Below the pieces are notes generated by a model, which worked only from the letters and a program-made list of their open reading frames with translations, had not been told where the DNA came from and searched no databases. From the NCBI GenBank assembly GCA_002869165.1, contig PKTK01000001.1, forward strand, positions 93,006 through 157,005: a DNA stretch of 64,000 bases. Direction: 5' to 3'. This document shows, piece after piece, positions 60,880 to 64,000 of the stretch. The number at the start of each line of letters is the position of its first letter. The stretch's first letter is position 1. Made by a program: the position numbers and the translations under genes. The DNA comes from Candidatus Parcubacteria bacterium. Lineage in GTDB: Bacteria > Patescibacteriota > Patescibacteriia > Patescibacteriales > UBA12075.

Positions 60880-61629
60880 ATGTTTAATACGATTTATATT
60901 TTGTGGCTCAGACAAGTTAAGCGTTATATGAGGTCCAAGGCTAGACTGATCGGTTCTCTTGGTCAACCAGTGCTATTTTTGGTTGCTTTGGGTTACGGTT
61001 TTGGCCCTATGTACGCCCGAGCCGGAGAAGGGGATTACTTACAATTTTTAGCACCAGGGATAATCTTGATGAGCATATTGTTTACAGGAATGTTCAATGG
61101 CATTGAGATAATTTGGGACAAACAATTTGGATTTTTAAAGGAGACATTAGCAGCTCCAGTTTCAAGGTTTTCTATAGTACTAGGTAGAACTTTGGGTGGT
61201 GCGAGTGTTGCTTTAATGCAAGGTTTGATTGTGATGGGTATTGCTATGATTGTTGGTTTTAGACCGGATTCATTTATTTTAATAATTCCTGCAATACTAA
61301 TTATGTTTTTAGTTGCTTTGATTTTTACAGCGCTTGGCACTGCTATTGCCTCAACTTTAGAAGATATGCACGGATTTCAATTGATTATGAATTTTTTGAT
61401 TATGCCAACTTTTTTCTTGTCAGGAGCAATTTTTCCGTTAGAAGGTCTTCCTGGAGCAATATCAGTTATAACCAAAATCAATCCTTTAAGTTATGGAGTA
61501 GATGGTCTACGACAGACTTTAACTGGTCTCGGGATTCATTCCTATGATTTAAATTTGTTAATTTTATTATTTACTTTGATTATTTTTTTGAGTATTGGCT
61601 CCTATCTTTTTTCTCGTATTGAAGTATGA
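60880..61629 (+). CDS. ABC-2 type transporter permease
   Basis: Six-TM protein starting 1 nt after the ATPase gene, with the typical ABC-2 layout. Confidence 0.85.
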   Translation: MFNTIYILWLRQVKRYMRSKARLIGSLGQPVLFLVALGYGFGPMYARAGEGDYLQFLAPGIILMSILFTGMFNGIEIIWDKQFGFLKETLAAPVSRFSIVLGRTLGGASVALMQGLIVMGIAMIVGFRPDSFILIIPAILIMFLVALIFTALGTAIASTLEDMHGFQLIMNFLIMPTFFLSGAIFPLEGLPGAISVITKINPLSYGVDGLRQTLTGLGIHSYDLNLLILLFTLIIFLSIGSYLFSRIEV

Positions 61630-61653
61630 TTTTTTATAAATACTATAAAAATA

Positions 61654-61690
61654 GGCCAGGCCTCCTGATGGAGACCTGGCCTTATTTTTT
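61654..61690 (+). terminator. Rho-independent terminator
   Basis: ggccaggcctcc / ggagacctggcc 12-bp stem (one mismatch), 4-nt loop, ttatttttt tail. Confidence 0.75.
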
Positions 61691-61835
61691 AAAAAAATCA
61701 AGAAGATCTTTTCAGATTTTTTTTATTTGTTTTAAAAATAATTTTTTCGAAAAATAAAAATAATAATAAAAGTTTTTGGTAAATAATTTAACTCTAATAT
61801 TAAATAAAAAATAGCTTATATTGGTTTCTAGACCA

Positions 61836-61870
61836 GGTACCTTGCATAAAAAGGTACCATGTGCTATACT
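61836..61870 (+). promoter_or_regulatory. Inverted repeat (putative PadR operator) plus extended -10 promoter
   Basis: ggtacctt-N7-aaggtacc (61836-61858) immediately upstream of TGCTATACT (61862-61870). Confidence 0.45.
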
Positions 61871-61909
61871 GTTTATAGTTAATTAAAAAAGTAATAGGGA
61901 ATCAAAAAA

Positions 61910-61996
61910 ATGAACAAGTGTAGTAAAGATGAAATTATAGAAAAATCATTTATCGCTATTTTGATTAGTGCTTATATTTTTACAATTTTTATCTAA
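61910..61996 (+). CDS. Possible 28-aa hydrophobic leader peptide coupled to padR
   Basis: MNKCSKDEIIEKSFIAILISAYIFTIFI. Its TAA overlaps the padR ATG (TAATG). Confidence 0.3.
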   Translation: MNKCSKDEIIEKSFIAILISAYIFTIFI

Positions 61997-62346
61997 TGGA
62001 CAAAACAACACAAAACGAAATAGAAAATACAAAAGCCCAGATGCGTAAAGGCATTCTGGAATTTTGTATTTTACTAATGATTGGTCAGGGAAAGATGTAC
62101 GCCAGTAAAATCATAAAAGAATTAACCAAGGCTGATTTGATTGTGGTTGAAGGAACAATCTATCCACTACTAAATAGATTAAAAAGAGCAGGATTGCTTG
62201 ATTATAGTTGGGAGGAGAGTAAGAGCGGTCCGCCAAGAAAATATTACACATTAACCAAAAAAGGCAGAGAGACCTTGGATGATTTAAGTAAAACTTGGGA
62301 GACTTTTAGTAATTCAATAAAAGGATTAGTTAAAAAGTTCAAATAA
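61996..62346 (+). CDS. PadR family transcriptional regulator
   Basis: Winged-helix motifs GILEFCILLMI...MYASKIIKEL...GTIYPLLNRLKRAGLL...PPRKYYTLTKKGRE. Confidence 0.9.
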   Translation: MDKTTQNEIENTKAQMRKGILEFCILLMIGQGKMYASKIIKELTKADLIVVEGTIYPLLNRLKRAGLLDYSWEESKSGPPRKYYTLTKKGRETLDDLSKTWETFSNSIKGLVKKFK

Positions 62347-62354
62347 TTAAAAAT

Positions 62355-64000
62355 ATGAATAAAACAATTACCGTAACATTAAATGGTCAAATATTTACTT
62401 TAGAGGAAGAAGCTTTTGATATTCTCCAGGTATATTTGGATGGTATAAAAAAGCATTTTTCTAAAAATGAAGACAAAGACGAAATTATCAAAGATATTGA
62501 AGCAAGTATTGCTGAAAAATTTATTGAGAAAATTTCATCAAAAAAACAAGTTGTAACCAAAACAGATGTGGAGAAAATTATTTCCATTCTTGGTGAAGCT
62601 GAGGAAATTATTGAGGAGGATAAAAAATTTCAAGATGATTTAAAAGAGGAAACAAATAGCCAGGAGAAGAATAATACAATCAAGAGATTGTATCGAGATG
62701 TTGATGATGTGGTAATCGCTGGTGTTTGTTCAGGTATTGCAGCATATTTTGGCATAGATCCTGTTTTTGTTCGTTTGATTTTTGCCTTATCTATTTTCTT
62801 TGGTGGATTTGGAATAATTGCTTATATAATTTTATGGATTGTAGTGCCTGAGGCAAAAACAGGAGTACAAAAATTGCAAATGCAAGGCGCTGAAGTAACA
62901 TTAAAAAAAATTGAAGAAGTAGCTAAAGAAAAATCTGCTGAAATAAGAAAAAAAGTAAAGAAAGAGGGTTGGGCTAATGTTTTGCTCACACCGATAAATT
63001 TTGTATCAGAAATTTTACGAGCTATAATCAATTTCTTCCGTCATTTATTTCCAGTACTAGGATCAATAATTGGCTTTCTGATCAGTATGATTATGATTCT
63101 TTCAATTGTAGCTTATAGTATTTTTTCAGCGCTATTAATTGTGGGTAAAGACTCTGGTTTCATAAGATCAGATGTCCCTTTGGATCAAATAATTTCGAAT
63201 CCTAGTTATTATTTAGCAGTTATTAGCTTGTTTCTGTTAGTTGTTATACCTTTGTTTTCTATTTTGATGCTTGGAGCAGCTATGCTTAGAAGGAAAAATG
63301 TATTTTCATTTGTTAGTAGCTCTGTCATGGTAGGTCTGTGGATGGTTTCTTTGGTTGTTTTTAGTGCCATAGCTATTGATGTTTCACCTCGAATTGAAGA
63401 TGCAATGAAGAATTGGCAAGATGTTGAAATAAGTCAAATGAACATCGATTTAGATAATTTTGACAGAATATACATTTCTGATAATTTTAGAGCTGAGATT
63501 CGTGAAGCAAAAGATTTTTCAATTATTGCCAAAGGAAGAGAAGTTGATTTGGAACGTTTAGCATATGAAATTGACAGAGGACAATTGCAATTATATAGAG
63601 AAGAAGATAGTGGCATATGTTTAGCTTGTTTTGATAATTCTATCGATTTCGAGATCTCTGCCCCACATATAAATGAAATAGTAGCCAATAACACAAGTGA
63701 AGTTGTCGTGTATGGATTTAATCCAGATACGATGAGAATAAAATTAAACAATAGTAGCAAGGCCGATGTATTAACAAATGCTTCAAGAGTAGAGTCGGAG
63801 GTAAATGGTGCAAGTTGGTTAAGCTTGGACGGAAGCTCAAAAAACGTTGAAATAGAGCTAAGCGGAGTTTCAAAACTAAATATTGGAGACATGAATTTGG
63901 ATGTTTTGCGTCTTGACTTAGATGGAGCTAGTCGAGCAGAGCTTGTAGGATACGCTGAAAATGTTGATTTGTCAGCAAGTGGATCTTCGAAAATATTTGC
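62355..64000 (+). CDS. PspC-domain membrane protein with C-terminal DUF2807/GIN-like beta-rich domain, 3'-truncated by window edge
   Basis: Not in the supplied track because it has no stop in the window; I read the frame open from ATG 62355 to 64000. PspC motif KRLYRDVDDVVIAGVCSGIAAYFGIDPVFVRLIFALSIFFGGFGIIAYIILWIVVPEA, several TMs, then repetitive beta-strand units. Confidence 0.8.
   Translation, partial: MNKTITVTLNGQIFTLEEEAFDILQVYLDGIKKHFSKNEDKDEIIKDIEASIAEKFIEKISSKKQVVTKTDVEKIISILGEAEEIIEEDKKFQDDLKEETNSQEKNNTIKRLYRDVDDVVIAGVCSGIAAYFGIDPVFVRLIFALSIFFGGFGIIAYIILWIVVPEAKTGVQKLQMQGAEVTLKKIEEVAKEKSAEIRKKVKKEGWANVLLTPINFVSEILRAIINFFRHLFPVLGSIIGFLISMIMILSIVAYSIFSALLIVGKDSGFIRSDVPLDQIISNPSYYLAVISLFLLVVIPLFSILMLGAAMLRRKNVFSFVSSSVMVGLWMVSLVVFSAIAIDVSPRIEDAMKNWQDVEISQMNIDLDNFDRIYISDNFRAEIREAKDFSIIAKGREVDLERLAYEIDRGQLQLYREEDSGICLACFDNSIDFEISAPHINEIVANNTSEVVVYGFNPDTMRIKLNNSSKADVLTNASRVESEVNGASWLSLDGSSKNVEIELSGVSKLNIGDMNLDVLRLDLDGASRAELVGYAENVDLSASGSSKIF

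Noticed and set aside
1-64000. Prophage, integrative element, defence island, tRNA/rRNA genes or riboswitches.
   Set aside because: I found no integrase, transposase, recombinase, restriction-modification, toxin or cas signatures among the translated ORFs. I also found no tRNA-like T-arm (GGTTCGAATCC-type) or rRNA-like GC-rich stretch in intergenic DNA. These absences are by eye only; tRNAscan/Infernal would be decisive.

Overview
AT-rich (about one-third GC by eye), densely coding bacterial chromosomal segment, mostly plus-strand, with about 68 supportable protein genes. I found no rRNA, tRNA, CRISPR array, transposase, integrase or phage genes. The gene content points to a reduced-genome, Patescibacteria/CPR-like organism, but that is inference only. 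It includes many small secreted proteins and lipoproteins of unknown function, a pseudopilin operon, a giant lamin-tail-domain surface protein, ECF sigma factors with DUF5667-type partners, and peptidoglycan enzymes, with no respiratory or large biosynthetic operons. Recognisable housekeeping and stress genes: cfa (5' partial), msrAB, mscL, a CDP-alcohol phosphatidyltransferase, a DEAD-box helicase, tspO, a Cache-HAMP histidine kinase, a class A PBP, an L,D-transpeptidase, greA, rlmN, a GIY-YIG protein, an ABC-2 exporter, and PadR plus a PspC-domain protein (3' partial, missing from the ORF track). Findings worth a second look: (1) a 2,987-aa modular surface protein followed directly by a single-polypeptide ECF sigma/TM/DUF5667 fusion, with an orphan histidine kinase upstream; (2) a contiguous four-gene PrkA - YeaH/DUF444 - SpoVR - second PrkA-like cluster; (3) a family of GC-rich inverted-repeat (MITE/REP-like) elements at three intergenic loci; (4) two paralogous AbrB/SpoVT-like mini-genes, each behind its own perfect palindrome; (5) paralogous lipoproteins built from about 26-aa two-cysteine repeats; (6) a lipoprotein-tethered ferredoxin + NapH-like polyferredoxin + hemerythrin cluster; (7) a membrane-anchored MsrAB with a Met-rich rhodanese lipoprotein and a MerT-like CC-motif protein; (8) two conserved genes each interrupted by one in-frame stop (PBP1A: TGA at a conserved Gly; YgjP/DUF45: TAA). 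All family assignments come from motif recognition by eye; no database search was run.
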